Shown: positions 18,042-28,663, counted from the stretch's first letter. The stretch is DNA of 60,387 nucleotides from Desulfobacterales bacterium (GCA_035529735.1 DATKWE010000107.1:1-60387), one strand, 5' to 3'. A program made the numbers and translations. Notes: generated from the sequence alone by a model not told the origin.

Positions 18042-21000
18042 ATTTATTAAAAACTGTCCATCCAGTAAAATTTCACGGAATACGGGCGAAATCCGGCGAA
18101 GCGATTACGGATACCCGGAACACTGAACACCATGCCTCGGACCCTGAAATAGGTTCCATTCATTACCGGGCACAGGATGTTGAGCCGGGGGGACTGTTTG
18201 TTGCCATAAAAGGTCTTGTGGCAGATGGACATGACTTTATCGATGACGCACTGTCAAGAGGCGCATCCGCAATTGTTACCCAGAAACCCGTCAACAGAGA
18301 ATCCGTAATTGTTGAGGTTGAAAATACCCGAAGAGCCCTTGCGACGATATCCGGCAGGTTTTATTCGAATCCGTCGGAAAAACTCTTTTTAATCGGTATC
18401 ACCGGCACCAACGGCAAAACAACGACGGCATTTTTAATTGAGCAGATTCTTTCACAAGCCGGTATCAATGTGGGTGTCATCGGAACCCTAAATTACCGTT
18501 ATTCGGGAAAGACCTTTCAAAATCCGATAACAACGCCCGAATCATTGGATCTTCAGAAGATACTGGCACAAATGCTTGAAGAAGGGATCACCCATGTTGT
18601 CATGGAGGTCTCTTCACATGCACTGGATCTGGACCGGGTGTACAACTGTAAATTCGATTTGGCGGTCTTTACCAATCTGACCCAGGACCATCTTGATTAT
18701 CACAAAGATATGGCGTCCTACTGGTCTTGTAAAAAAAAGCTTTTTACAGAAATCCTTGGGCCCAAATCGGGCAATGACCGGGCAATGGCCGTGATAAATC
18801 ACAATGATGAAAAAGGAAGACAGCTGATCCGTATGCTCGAAACAAGATCGGGTGAAATTTCTGTTCTCTCCACAGGTTTTTCGGACAAAACCAGTATATG
18901 TGCCGAGAGATTCGACCACAACCTTACCGGAATTTCGGGCAGAATTTCTACGCCTGAAGGATTTTTAGAGATCAAATCCAGCCTGGTGGGACAACATAAT
19001 TTGGAAAACATTCTCTGTGCTACCGGTGTCGGCATTGCCCTCGGGGTTTCATTGGACATTATCAAAGACGCCATTGAATCGGTGGGCGTCGTACCCGGCC
19101 GTCTTGAAGCTATTTCAAATGACGACAACCGGTTTGTATATGTCGATTATGCCCACACACCGGATGCGCTTGAAAATGTGCTGTCCACGCTACGATCATC
19201 GGCTCCGGGTCGACTCATCTGCGTATTTGGCTGCGGCGGCAATCGGGACAGGGCCAAGCGGCCGCAGATGGGTGAAATCGCCGGGAGGCTTTCTGATCTT
19301 GTCATTGTTACGTCGGATAATCCAAGAACTGAACCGCCCATGGAAATCATCGATCAGATTCTGGATGGAACAAAAAATCTGCCGTTGCACCTCTATACCC
19401 CATCAGATCTGAACAAAGGGTTTCAAAAAAAAGGGTGCGGTGTCGAGCCCGACCGAAGAAACGCCATACAGCTGGCAATTACGGCCTCCAGGCCCAAAGA
19501 TACGGTTCTGATCGCGGGCAAAGGGAACGAAACCTATCAAATCATCGGGGATCAGACCCTTTCTTTTGATGACAGAGAAGAAGCGGCAAAAGCACTCTCA
19601 ATGATCGACGGTCAAGGTTCTGCCCACAAATTTCAGGGGTTTTCGGAACTTCAAACCGCCAACCCGAAGTCCGGAACCCTCAAACCGATTCCGTGGGCCG
19701 TTGCTGAAATTCTCAAAGCCACCGGCGGAGAACTTTTTTGCGGTGATTCCAATGACACGTTTGCCGGGGTCTCCATCGACTCGCGCAGGATATCTGTTGA
19801 AGACCTCTTTATCGCAATCAAAGGCGACGTTCATGACGGACACCGTTTTATTGAGGATGTCCTGAAAAAAGGCGTCGGCGGACTTCTGATCGAAAAAAAT
19901 AGAACCCACAAACTGCCTGAACGGAGATTGTTAAAACCCGGGATCACCTGTATCACGGTAAATGACACCGGCAAAGCATTGGCCGACCTTGCGGCATTTA
20001 ACAGAAAACGTACCCATGTGTCGGTGATCGCCATAACCGGTTCAAACGGAAAGACCAGCACCCGAAACATGACAACAGGCGTCGTTTCCCGTCGTTTTTG
20101 TACATTGTCGACCCAAGGGAATTTAAACAACGAAATCGGGCTTCCCCTGACCCTGCTGAATCTTAACAGACACCATCGGTGGGCTGTTTTGGAACTGGGC
20201 ATGAACAGACCCGGAGAAATTGAACGGCTCGCCCAAATCTGTTTGCCGGATTTAGGGGTTATTACAAATATCGGTCCTGCACATCTTGAAGGGTTGGGCT
20301 CCCTTGATGCCGTCATGCAAGCCAAAGGTGAACTGCTGGGAAAAATTAAACCGGAAGGTACGGCGGTTCTCAATGCAGATGATCCCAGACTTTTGAAACT
20401 GGCGGATACAACCTCCAGAAATGTTTTGCTCTTCGGCGTTTCGGCAGATGCTGCAATCCGGGCCGAATCTATCCAGAAAAAAACGTCGGGACTTTCTTTT
20501 GTCCTGGTGCTCCCCGACGAACGGATCCGGGTGGATCTTAAAACGCCGGCTGTTTTCATGGTTTCCAATGCCCTGGCAGCAGCGGCCGTGGGCCATATTT
20601 TGGGGCTAACTGCCGGTGAAATCAAGGCGGGTCTGGAAGATTTTAAACCGGTTCCGGGGCGGATGAACATCCTTAAAACCGGCAAAGGGGTCCATATCAT
20701 CGACGATACCTATAATGCCAATCCGGGTTCAATGGAGGCCGCCATAAAGACCCTTAAGTCATTAAAGGGACAGCGCAGGGGAATCCTCATTTTAGGCGAC
20801 ATGCTTGAACTTGGGGAACATGCCGAGTCTTTGCACCGCGAGATGGGTTCCAAAGCTGCCAGGTCCGGTATCGAAAGGATTTATGCAACCGGCGATTACG
20901 CCGAAAATGTCGTGACCGGTGCATTGGATGAACATATGGATTCCGGTGATATTTTCAAAGGTACCCGGGAAGAAATCCTGGAGGACATCATCGACCGGCT

Positions 21001-21091
21001 CGATGCCGGCGATTGGATTCTGGTGAAGGGGTCCAGGGGAATGGCCATGGAAAAGGTTGTTGAGGGACTGCTTCGCTGGGCCGGCCATTAA
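18029..21091 (+). CDS. murE/murF: fused MurE (meso-DAP-adding ligase) / MurF (D-Ala-D-Ala-adding ligase)
   Basis: A single 1020-aa ORF. The first half carries GITGTNGKTT, the DNPR motif of DAP-adding MurE, and an end near ..EEAAKAL. The second half restarts with a MurF N-domain (VSIDSRRISVEDLFIAIKGDVHDGH) and a second P-loop (AITGSNGKTS). Confidence 0.92.
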   Translation: MQLLNLLKTVHPVKFHGIRAKSGEAITDTRNTEHHASDPEIGSIHYRAQDVEPGGLFVAIKGLVADGHDFIDDALSRGASAIVTQKPVNRESVIVEVENTRRALATISGRFYSNPSEKLFLIGITGTNGKTTTAFLIEQILSQAGINVGVIGTLNYRYSGKTFQNPITTPESLDLQKILAQMLEEGITHVVMEVSSHALDLDRVYNCKFDLAVFTNLTQDHLDYHKDMASYWSCKKKLFTEILGPKSGNDRAMAVINHNDEKGRQLIRMLETRSGEISVLSTGFSDKTSICAERFDHNLTGISGRISTPEGFLEIKSSLVGQHNLENILCATGVGIALGVSLDIIKDAIESVGVVPGRLEAISNDDNRFVYVDYAHTPDALENVLSTLRSSAPGRLICVFGCGGNRDRAKRPQMGEIAGRLSDLVIVTSDNPRTEPPMEIIDQILDGTKNLPLHLYTPSDLNKGFQKKGCGVEPDRRNAIQLAITASRPKDTVLIAGKGNETYQIIGDQTLSFDDREEAAKALSMIDGQGSAHKFQGFSELQTANPKSGTLKPIPWAVAEILKATGGELFCGDSNDTFAGVSIDSRRISVEDLFIAIKGDVHDGHRFIEDVLKKGVGGLLIEKNRTHKLPERRLLKPGITCITVNDTGKALADLAAFNRKRTHVSVIAITGSNGKTSTRNMTTGVVSRRFCTLSTQGNLNNEIGLPLTLLNLNRHHRWAVLELGMNRPGEIERLAQICLPDLGVITNIGPAHLEGLGSLDAVMQAKGELLGKIKPEGTAVLNADDPRLLKLADTTSRNVLLFGVSADAAIRAESIQKKTSGLSFVLVLPDERIRVDLKTPAVFMVSNALAAAAVGHILGLTAGEIKAGLEDFKPVPGRMNILKTGKGVHIIDDTYNANPGSMEAAIKTLKSLKGQRRGILILGDMLELGEHAESLHREMGSKAARSGIERIYATGDYAENVVTGALDEHMDSGDIFKGTREEILEDIIDRLDAGDWILVKGSRGMAMEKVVEGLLRWAGH

Positions 21092-21148
21092 AATGAATGT
21101 AATATTTTAATTTTTTCAAAACATTATCGCTTCAAGCATAATTAAAAA

Positions 21149-22228
21149 ATGATATATCATCTACTATTTCCGCTTCATAAAACCATATCGGTTTTTAATG
21201 TATTCCGGTACATTACTTTCCGGACGATCTATGCCAGTTTGACGGCTTTTTTAATCTGCTTTTTGCTGGGGCCTTGGGTTATTCGAAAACTGAGCTATAT
21301 GCAGATCGGGCAGTATATCAGGGATGACGGTCCGGAAACACACCAAAAAAAGGCCGGGACGCCGACCATGGGCGGGACGCTGATCATTTTTTCAATCATT
21401 GTTTCCACCCTGTTATGGACCAATTTAACCAATTATTTTGTTTGGATCGTCCTTCTGGTGACGGTGGGTTATGGCGCTATCGGTTTTGCTGATGACTACC
21501 TCATGCTGATCAAGAAGCAGAGCAAGGGGTTAAATGTTCGAAACAAATTTCTGCTACAGACGATTCTGGCAATTGCTACGGGGATTCTGGTCTACACGGT
21601 TCCGGACTTTTCCACCCGGGTGACCGTTCCGTTTTTTAAAAATATATCACCCGATCTCGGATGGGGATATATATTGTTTGCTGCATTTGTCATCATCGGC
21701 ACCTCAAATGCAGTCAATATCACCGACGGGCTTGATGGTCTTGCCATCGGACCTTTTATCATCGCTTCAGCTGCATATATGGTTTTTGCCTATGTGGCAG
21801 GGCACTTCAAGATCGCCAATTATCTGCAGATCAGTTATGTTGCAGGGAGTGGGGAGATTGCCGTCTTCTGCGGAGCGATGGCCGGATCAGGCCTGGGTTT
21901 TTTGTGGTTCAATTCATATCCCGCACAAATTTTCATGGGTGATGTGGGCTCGCTGGCCCTGGGTGCAGCCATCGGCACCGTGGCGGTTATCACCAAACAG
22001 GAGATACTGCTGGCCCTGGTGGGCGGGCTCTTTGTTATTGAAACGCTGTCTGTGATTTTTCAGGTCGGTTTTTTCAAAATGACCAACGGCCGCAGGATTT
22101 TTCGAATGGCTCCGCTTCACCACCATTTTGAACTCAAAGGATGGGCTGAACCCAAGGTCATTGTTCGATTCTGGATCATCGCAATTGCACTGGCGCTGAT
22201 TTCCATGAGTACGCTGAAACTGAGATAA
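21149..22228 (+). CDS. mraY: phospho-N-acetylmuramoyl-pentapeptide transferase
   Basis: 359 aa polytopic membrane protein with [23 protein letters not shown] and HHHFE motifs. Confidence 0.96.
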   Translation: MIYHLLFPLHKTISVFNVFRYITFRTIYASLTAFLICFLLGPWVIRKLSYMQIGQYIRDDGPETHQKKAGTPTMGGTLIIFSIIVSTLLWTNLTNYFVWIVLLVTVGYGAIGFADDYLMLIKKQSKGLNVRNKFLLQTILAIATGILVYTVPDFSTRVTVPFFKNISPDLGWGYILFAAFVIIGTSNAVNITDGLDGLAIGPFIIASAAYMVFAYVAGHFKIANYLQISYVAGSGEIAVFCGAMAGSGLGFLWFNSYPAQIFMGDVGSLALGAAIGTVAVITKQEILLALVGGLFVIETLSVIFQVGFFKMTNGRRIFRMAPLHHHFELKGWAEPKVIVRFWIIAIALALISMSTLKLR

Positions 22229-22298
22229 AGATGAAGATAATACGCTGTCGGTAATAATGCACAACCCGTAATCTATAACCTATAACCTGCTTAATTTC

Positions 22299-23699
22299 AT
22301 GGATCTTGCAAAAAAAAACATTCTTATCGTCGGTCTTGGCATATCCGGTATGGCGGCGGCGCGATTTGCCAAAAACAGGGGTGCATCCGTTACCGTAACC
22401 GACATTGCCGAAGGAAAAACTCTGGGATCCAATCTGGCTGCAGTGCAAAAAATGGGCGTTAAACTGGAACTGGGCCGGCATAACATTGAAACCTTCGAAC
22501 ATGCCGATATCATTGTTGTAAGCCCAGGGGTTCCCCATACCATCTTGCCCATAGAACGGGCCAAAGAAAAAGGAATTCCGGTATGGGGAGAGCTCGAGTT
22601 TGCTTCACGATTCATCCGGGAGCCTGTTATCGCCATATCCGGCACCAATGGGAAGACGACAACAACACGGCTTTTGGGGCGCATGCTCGAAAACTCAGGA
22701 TTTAAAATTTTTGTGGGCGGAAATATCGGCAATCCTTTGATCGATTATGCGGACACGGGCGGAACGGCCGACATGGTTGTCGCGGAAGTCAGCAGTTTTC
22801 AGCTCGATACCATCGATACATTCAGGCCTCGCGTGAGTGTTCTGCTGAATATCCGTGACGATCATCTCGACCGGTATCCGGATTTTGAGTCTTATGCCAG
22901 GTCCAAAGGCCGGATTTTTGAAAACCAACAAGAAGATGATACCGCAGTGCTAAACGGCTCTGATCCGGTCGTTTGTTCGATCAGCAAAACACTTAGGACC
23001 CGGAAACTGCCCTTTTATCATCAGGGCAATTCTCATGCACACAACCGGGAATATGCAATTATCGGCCGAATCAATGGACAAAAATCGCATTCAATCAAAA
23101 TTTTCACCCAAGAGAACCCGGACGCCGTTCTTGACCTTTCAAAGGTAAATCTCATGGGCCGGCACAATATGGAAAACGTAGCGGCTGCATCGTTGGCAGC
23201 CCTGGCTGCCGGCGGTACTTTAGAAGGGGTCCAATCCGGGTTAAACGATTTTAAAGGCCTTTCCCATCGACTGGAATATATAAAAACCATAAATGACGTC
23301 CGATTTTATGATGATTCAAAAGGTACAAACATCGACGCAGTGGCCAGAGCACTCGAAGTCTTCAGGAACCCGGTGGTCCTCATTATGGGCGGGCGTGATA
23401 AAGGCGGAGACTTTAAACAATTGCGGGGACTGGTGCAGCAACGTGTAAAAAAACTGATCGTCATGGGCGAGGCGAGGGATGAGATAAAATCGGTTCTTGA
23501 AGATACGTGCAAGGCGGACGTGCCAACGGCATCCACAATGGAAGAAGCGGTCCGTTGTGCATTTCTATCTGCGGTGCCCGGGGATATCGTGCTGTTATCT
23601 CCCGGTTGTTCGAGCTTTGACATGTACAACAGTTATGCGGAGCGGGGGGAAGCTTTCTGTACGGCCGTCGAAAACCTTACACGGACAAGCCGGGAATAA
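22299..23699 (+). CDS. murD: UDP-N-acetylmuramoylalanine--D-glutamate ligase
   Basis: 466 aa with an N-terminal Rossmann fold (VGLGISG), the P-loop GTNGKTTT, and the dcw position. Confidence 0.95.
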   Translation: MDLAKKNILIVGLGISGMAAARFAKNRGASVTVTDIAEGKTLGSNLAAVQKMGVKLELGRHNIETFEHADIIVVSPGVPHTILPIERAKEKGIPVWGELEFASRFIREPVIAISGTNGKTTTTRLLGRMLENSGFKIFVGGNIGNPLIDYADTGGTADMVVAEVSSFQLDTIDTFRPRVSVLLNIRDDHLDRYPDFESYARSKGRIFENQQEDDTAVLNGSDPVVCSISKTLRTRKLPFYHQGNSHAHNREYAIIGRINGQKSHSIKIFTQENPDAVLDLSKVNLMGRHNMENVAAASLAALAAGGTLEGVQSGLNDFKGLSHRLEYIKTINDVRFYDDSKGTNIDAVARALEVFRNPVVLIMGGRDKGGDFKQLRGLVQQRVKKLIVMGEARDEIKSVLEDTCKADVPTASTMEEAVRCAFLSAVPGDIVLLSPGCSSFDMYNSYAERGEAFCTAVENLTRTSRE

Positions 23700-23704
23700 A
23701 AATA

Positions 23705-24889
23705 ATGGCCGCAACGGCACAAAAAGGAACTAAGAAAAAAAGCATGACCCGTGACAATCAGAACATCCAGAAAGTTCTAAAACCGCCGCTCCAATATGAT
23801 ATCGCGCTTTTGTTTCCGGTCCTGTTCCTGGTGGGCATCGGAATTGTCATGGTCTACAGCGCAAGTTCGGCCCTGGCCCTGAAAAAGTTCGGCACGAGTT
23901 ATTATTTTTTAAAAAAACAGTCGATTTTTGCACTGTTGGGTATTGTTGCACTGGTGGTCAGCTACCATATACCCTACCGGGTTTTTCGTTCTTTGACATA
24001 TCCGTTGCTTATCCTGGCCTTTATATTCCTTATTGCGATTCTGGTTTCCGGGTTCGGCTATTCGGCAGGCGGTGCAACGCGATGGTTTCGTGTGGAAAGT
24101 ATTACATTTCAGCCTTCTGAATTCGCCCGCTTTGCACTGGTGATCTATCTGGCATATTCAATGAATAAAAAAAAGGATAGAATCAAGGAGTTCAAGGTCG
24201 GTTTTCTACCCCACATTTTGCTCCTTGGCATGTTTTCGGTTCTGATCATTTTACAGCCTGACTTCGGTTCGGTGGTTATTCTGGGTGCGATTACATGGAT
24301 AATGCTTTTTATCGGGGGGGTTCGAATTTCACATTTACTGGGATCATTGGCCGTGGCAACCCCCATTGTCTACTATTTAATGGTCAGTGCTGATTATCGA
24401 ATTGAGCGTATCATATCTTTCCTGAATCCTTGGCAGTATTCAGCAGATAAAGGTTACCAGATTGTCCATTCTCTTTTGGCTTTCGGTACAGGAGGGATCT
24501 GGGGTACCGGCATCGGCGGCGGCTATCAGAAGCTGTTTTACCTTCCTGAACCCCACACCGATTTCATCTTTTCGGTCATCGGAGAGGAACTCGGTCTTTT
24601 GGGCGTTTTGATTATCCTTGGGTTTTATACCCTAATCTTATGGCGGGGGGTATCGATTGCCAGAAACAGCAAGGATGTTTTCGGATCATTGGTGGCCATT
24701 GGCCTGACAACGGCAATGGGCCTGCAGGTGTGTATTAACATGGGCGTTGCCCTCGGACTCCTGCCCACCAAGGGGCTTACGCTGCCATTTTTGAGCTATG
24801 GCGGCACATCCCTTTTGATCAATATGGTATCCATCGGGCTGCTGATGAATATCGGGGCCTCTAAAAGAATGCCCAAAGCTGAAAGTTGA
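23705..24889 (+). CDS. ftsW: peptidoglycan glycosyltransferase FtsW (SEDS family)
   Basis: 394 aa with about 10 TM segments, SEDS motifs (QPSEFARFAL, PTKGLTLPFLSYGGTS), and the dcw position. Confidence 0.94.
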   Translation: MAATAQKGTKKKSMTRDNQNIQKVLKPPLQYDIALLFPVLFLVGIGIVMVYSASSALALKKFGTSYYFLKKQSIFALLGIVALVVSYHIPYRVFRSLTYPLLILAFIFLIAILVSGFGYSAGGATRWFRVESITFQPSEFARFALVIYLAYSMNKKKDRIKEFKVGFLPHILLLGMFSVLIILQPDFGSVVILGAITWIMLFIGGVRISHLLGSLAVATPIVYYLMVSADYRIERIISFLNPWQYSADKGYQIVHSLLAFGTGGIWGTGIGGGYQKLFYLPEPHTDFIFSVIGEELGLLGVLIILGFYTLILWRGVSIARNSKDVFGSLVAIGLTTAMGLQVCINMGVALGLLPTKGLTLPFLSYGGTSLLINMVSIGLLMNIGASKRMPKAES

Positions 24890-24928
24890 GATGACGTATT
24901 ATTTTAGGCGGTTGAAGAAAGTTGTCGC

Positions 24929-24964
24929 ATTCAGACAATCCGGTTTTTAGCGGATTATCTGAAT
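24929..24964. other. strong hairpin ATTCAGA-ca-ATCCG / CGGAT-ta-TCTGAAT between ftsW and murG
   Basis: 12 paired bases with an 8-nt loop and no T-run. Followed at 24993-25007 by the palindrome GACGCGT-G-ACGCGTC. Confidence 0.5.
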
Positions 24965-25027
24965 TCTGGGTGGACGCGCTGCACTTTCAAAAGACGCGTG
25001 ACGCGTCATAAAAAGCAAACGGCAGTT

Positions 25028-26203
25028 ATGGTTCAGGGCGATAAGAAACGAAAGAAAAGAAGAAACTTCGGCGCGGTTCGAAATGCTTCAAGGGCGTTGC
25101 GCATCGTTATCGCCGGTGGCGGGACCGGCGGTCATCTCTTCCCGGGGATTGCCATTGCTCAGGAATTTTTGGCCAGAAACCCGGAAAACACTGTCTTATT
25201 CGTTGGTACCGAACGACCCTTTGAAATTTCGATTTTGTCAGAAACAGGGTTTAAACATCAATCTATTACCGCTGAAGGCTTCAAGGGGCGGGGGTTTTGG
25301 AATCAGATCGTGTCGATCTCAAAAATACCCATAGGCGTCATTGAATCTATTCTGATTCTCAAACGCTTCAAGGCCGATTTGGTGGTGGGTGTGGGCGGCT
25401 ATTCCGCCGGACCCCTTGTGACGGGCGCATGGCTCCTGGGGATTAACATTGTCCTGCATGAACAAAATATTCTGCCCGGAATTACCAACCGGATTCTATC
25501 GCGTTTTGCGGACCGGATATATGTCTCGTTCAACGAAACAAAAGCCGGCTTGAACCCTAAAAAAATACGGGTTACCGGAAACCCTGTGCGCAAAGAAATT
25601 CTCCAATTCGCAAGGAAGCAGAAAGATGTCCACATGGCGGATTCAGGGCAGCGGCGGCAGTTCACGATCCTGATACTCGGCGGGAGCCAGGGGGCTCACC
25701 GTATAAACATGGCAGTTTTGGAAGCCATTGAATGTATCGATGATAAAGAAGCTTACTTGTTCGTGCATCAGACCGGGGCACACGATGAAATCCGGGTAAA
25801 AAGTGTTTACAGGGAACAGGGCGTTCCCTGCGAAGTCCAGGCCTTTTTTAAAGATATGGCCCGACAGTATCAAAAAGCCGATCTGATCATATGCCGGGCA
25901 GGAGCGACCACTGTGGCAGAAGTCAAAGCTATTGAGAAGGGCGTCATTTTCATACCGTTTCCTTTTGCTGCGGATGACCACCAGGTGCTAAACGCACGTT
26001 CTTTGGTCGACGCAGGGGCTGCCGAAATGATCCTTGAAAAGGATCTCAGCGGTAAAGCCCTTGCAGAGCGAATTTATTTTTATGCCGCCAACCCGGATGA
26101 CCTTCATCGGATGGCATCCCGGGCCGGGGATCTTGGCCGAGTTGACGCGGCAGCGGCGATTGTCGATGACTGTTACAGATTGATTGCTTCATCAGATCGC
26201 TGA
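25028..26203 (+). CDS. murG: undecaprenyldiphospho-muramoylpentapeptide beta-N-acetylglucosaminyltransferase
   Basis: GGGTGGHLFPGIA motif and GT28 C-terminal domain. The start is uncertain: ATG at 25028 or GTG at 24998, with no clear RBS for either. Confidence 0.92.
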   Translation: MVQGDKKRKKRRNFGAVRNASRALRIVIAGGGTGGHLFPGIAIAQEFLARNPENTVLFVGTERPFEISILSETGFKHQSITAEGFKGRGFWNQIVSISKIPIGVIESILILKRFKADLVVGVGGYSAGPLVTGAWLLGINIVLHEQNILPGITNRILSRFADRIYVSFNETKAGLNPKKIRVTGNPVRKEILQFARKQKDVHMADSGQRRQFTILILGGSQGAHRINMAVLEAIECIDDKEAYLFVHQTGAHDEIRVKSVYREQGVPCEVQAFFKDMARQYQKADLIICRAGATTVAEVKAIEKGVIFIPFPFAADDHQVLNARSLVDAGAAEMILEKDLSGKALAERIYFYAANPDDLHRMASRAGDLGRVDAAAAIVDDCYRLIASSDR

Positions 26204-26286
26204 ATTGCTTATTGGCTGAAACCATTGAACCTTTAATGAATCAGCGATTTAACCAATCAACCAATTAACTATTTAACCAACTATCC

Positions 26287-27660
26287 ATGTTTCTTAAAAA
26301 ATATCATATCCACTTTGTTGGAATCGGCGGTATCGGCATGAGCGGAATTGCCGAACTCCTTCTCAATCTCGGCTATAAGGTGTCCGGATCTGACATCAGT
26401 GCTTCAGACATTACCCGGCGGCTGGAACGCCTCGGAGGTATTATATTTGAAGGTCATTCCAAAGAACAAATCAGGGGGGCTGATGTTGTTGTCACTTCGT
26501 CGGCGGTGGGCCCGGAAAATCCTGAAGTTGTGGCCGCAGGCCGAGCGTCGATCCCGGTAATCCCCCGGGCGGAGATGCTGGCGGAACTGATGCGCTTGAA
26601 GTACAGTGTGGCGATTGCCGGCGCTCACGGAAAAACATCGACTACGTCGATTGTCGCCTCTGTGCTGGGTAAAGGGGGGCTTGACCCTACGGTCGTTATC
26701 GGCGGGAAACTAAAAAGTATCGATTCCAATGCCCTCCTTGGCGAGGGGGATTATATCGTGGCCGAAGCCGATGAAAGCGACGGTTCTTTTCTTAAAATGT
26801 CCCCCACCATCGCGGTGGTGACGAATATCGATCGAGAGCATCTCGATTATTATCGAGACTTGGATCACATCAAAGAAGTCTTTATGAGCTTTATTGACAA
26901 AATACCTTTTTACGGTCTGGCGGTTCTTTGTCTGGACGATGAGTCGATCCAGTCGCTTATCCCGAACATTCATAAACGGTTTGCGACCTATGGAATGACT
27001 ACTCAAGCCGATTTCCAGGCCAAAGATGTGGCTTTTGAAGGGTTGCAAAGCAGGTTCAAGGTGTATCATCTTGGAACGTTACTCGGAGAGATCTTGCTGA
27101 ACCTCCCGGGCCTTCATAATGTTTACAATTCCCTGGCAAGTATCGCGGTGGGCATTGAACTCGATATTCCTTTTGAAGTTATAAAATCGGCGCTTCAAAC
27201 TGCGGAAGGTGTTCAACGGCGGCTGGAAATTAAGGGTGAAAAAAAAGGGGTTACGGTGATCGACGATTACGGGCATCATCCTACGGAGATCAAGACCACC
27301 CTGCATGCCGCAAGGGAATGCTGGCCGGGCAGACGGATTGTGGTGGTGTTCCAACCCCACCGCTACAGCAGAACCCAGGCACTTTTTGATGACTTCACCC
27401 GTTCATTCTATCAGTCGGACCTGCTGGTGGTTCTTCCCATCTATGCAGCCGGAGAAGAAAAGATAAAAGGGGTAGAAGGGCATGCTCTGTTTGAAGGAAT
27501 CCAGCGCCACGGCCACAGAGACGTCGTTTATATGCAAAATTTTGAAACGGCGGTTACGCATCTGAAAAACGTTTTAGCCCCAAACGATATTATGATCACT
27601 CTGGGTGCCGGAGATGTTTGGAAAGTCGGGGAAATGGTGCTTGATGAATTGTCAATATAG
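26287..27660 (+). CDS. murC: UDP-N-acetylmuramate--L-alanine ligase
   Basis: 457 aa with HFVGIGGIGMSGIA, GAHGKTSTT and DDYGHHP motifs. Confidence 0.95.
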   Translation: MFLKKYHIHFVGIGGIGMSGIAELLLNLGYKVSGSDISASDITRRLERLGGIIFEGHSKEQIRGADVVVTSSAVGPENPEVVAAGRASIPVIPRAEMLAELMRLKYSVAIAGAHGKTSTTSIVASVLGKGGLDPTVVIGGKLKSIDSNALLGEGDYIVAEADESDGSFLKMSPTIAVVTNIDREHLDYYRDLDHIKEVFMSFIDKIPFYGLAVLCLDDESIQSLIPNIHKRFATYGMTTQADFQAKDVAFEGLQSRFKVYHLGTLLGEILLNLPGLHNVYNSLASIAVGIELDIPFEVIKSALQTAEGVQRRLEIKGEKKGVTVIDDYGHHPTEIKTTLHAARECWPGRRIVVVFQPHRYSRTQALFDDFTRSFYQSDLLVVLPIYAAGEEKIKGVEGHALFEGIQRHGHRDVVYMQNFETAVTHLKNVLAPNDIMITLGAGDVWKVGEMVLDELSI

Positions 27661-27688
27661 ACGTGTTGCAACACCGTCAATATTCGGG

Positions 27689-28663
27689 ATGCAACCAGAG
27701 GACATACCGTTTATGGCCCTTGATTCTGATCGCATAAAATGGCTTGAAAACCGGTTCGGAGACACCGTCAAATTTTGCGAACCCATGTCCGGACATACAT
27801 CATTGCGTGTCGGGGGGCCGGCAGAAGCTTTGGTGACGCCTGAAAACCTTGAAGATCTTAAAGCGCTGGTGGAATGGTCATGGAACAACGGACTTTCCTA
27901 TCTGATCATCGGCGAAGGCACCAATCTTCTGGTCAAGGACGGCGGCATCAAGGGAATTGTTATCGTGTTGACAAAATGTCTGAAGACCATCGTTCAGACA
28001 GGCATGGAAGCCGATGGCCTTATCGTTAGCGCCTCGGCAAGTGTCCGCATGCGATCCCTTTGCGCGTATGCACTGAAACAGGGCCTTGAAGGAATGAATT
28101 TTGCCCTGGGCATTCCAGGGACGGTTGGCGGAGGGATTATAATGAATGCCGGGACCTCCCATGGCGCCATGGAAAACGTCCTTGAATCCATCACCGTATT
28201 GCTGCCTACGGGTCGGACCCGAAGAATTCGGCGGGAACAGCTCGATTTTTCTTACAGAACGCTTTCATGGAACAGTGAGCTAACCGATGGTCATCGCGCA
28301 CAAACGGTTATATTAGACGGCTGCTTCTGTCTGCGTCCTTCGGATTCAGAAAAACTCAAAAAAGAGGCGCGAACAATTTTAAAAACACGCTGGAAAAAAC
28401 AGCCCATGGGCTGGCCAAGTGCAGGATGTTTTTTTAAAAATCCCTCGTCCGGGAAAACAGCGGGCCAACTTATTGAGATGGCCGGCCTAAAAGGAAAATC
28501 CATCGGCGGGGCAGAAATTTCATCCAAGCATGCCAATTTTTTTATAAACCGGCACAACGCATCGGCCGCAGACTTTCTGGCATTGATGGAACTGGCTGAA
28601 GAGACCGTATCAAACAAGTTCAACATTGACCTTAAAAGAGAGGTTAAGATTGTTGGGACGTAA
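27689..28663 (+). CDS. murB: UDP-N-acetylenolpyruvoylglucosamine reductase
   Basis: FAD-binding PCMH domain (SLRVGGPAE, GEGTNLL) and the C-terminal GAEISSKHANF motif. The listed start at 27605 overlaps murC by 56 nt. ATG at 27689 (or 27713/27644) is more plausible. Confidence 0.88.
   Translation: MQPEDIPFMALDSDRIKWLENRFGDTVKFCEPMSGHTSLRVGGPAEALVTPENLEDLKALVEWSWNNGLSYLIIGEGTNLLVKDGGIKGIVIVLTKCLKTIVQTGMEADGLIVSASASVRMRSLCAYALKQGLEGMNFALGIPGTVGGGIIMNAGTSHGAMENVLESITVLLPTGRTRRIRREQLDFSYRTLSWNSELTDGHRAQTVILDGCFCLRPSDSEKLKKEARTILKTRWKKQPMGWPSAGCFFKNPSSGKTAGQLIEMAGLKGKSIGGAEISSKHANFFINRHNASAADFLALMELAEETVSNKFNIDLKREVKIVGT

Noticed and set aside
19831-20700. Long antisense ORFs inside strong genes (for example 19831-20700, 29892-30599, 31027-31809, 2976-3536, 13175-13582, 32857-33378)
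   Set aside because: Each lies fully inside, and opposite to, a gene with unmistakable family motifs (murE/F, ftsA, ftsZ, rnd, thioesterase, radical SAM). Their products are low-complexity and Ser/Pro/Arg-rich, which is typical of shadow ORFs.
26248-26284. AACCAAT-type repeats, and other short direct repeats such as CTATAAC x2 at 22275-22288, considered as a CRISPR or tandem-repeat array
   Set aside because: Only 2-3 short, irregular copies are present, with no spacer structure. These are not CRISPR.
27605-27688. N-terminal extensions in the ORF track (murB 27605, ATP-grasp 44369, ftsZ 30794, hicA 57549, FmdB 13627, Cys-repeat protein 50285, MBL 8733)
   Set aside because: The extended starts overlap upstream genes or the gene's own RBS. 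Internal ATG/GTG codons with proper Shine-Dalgarno spacing give products that start at the conserved N-termini.
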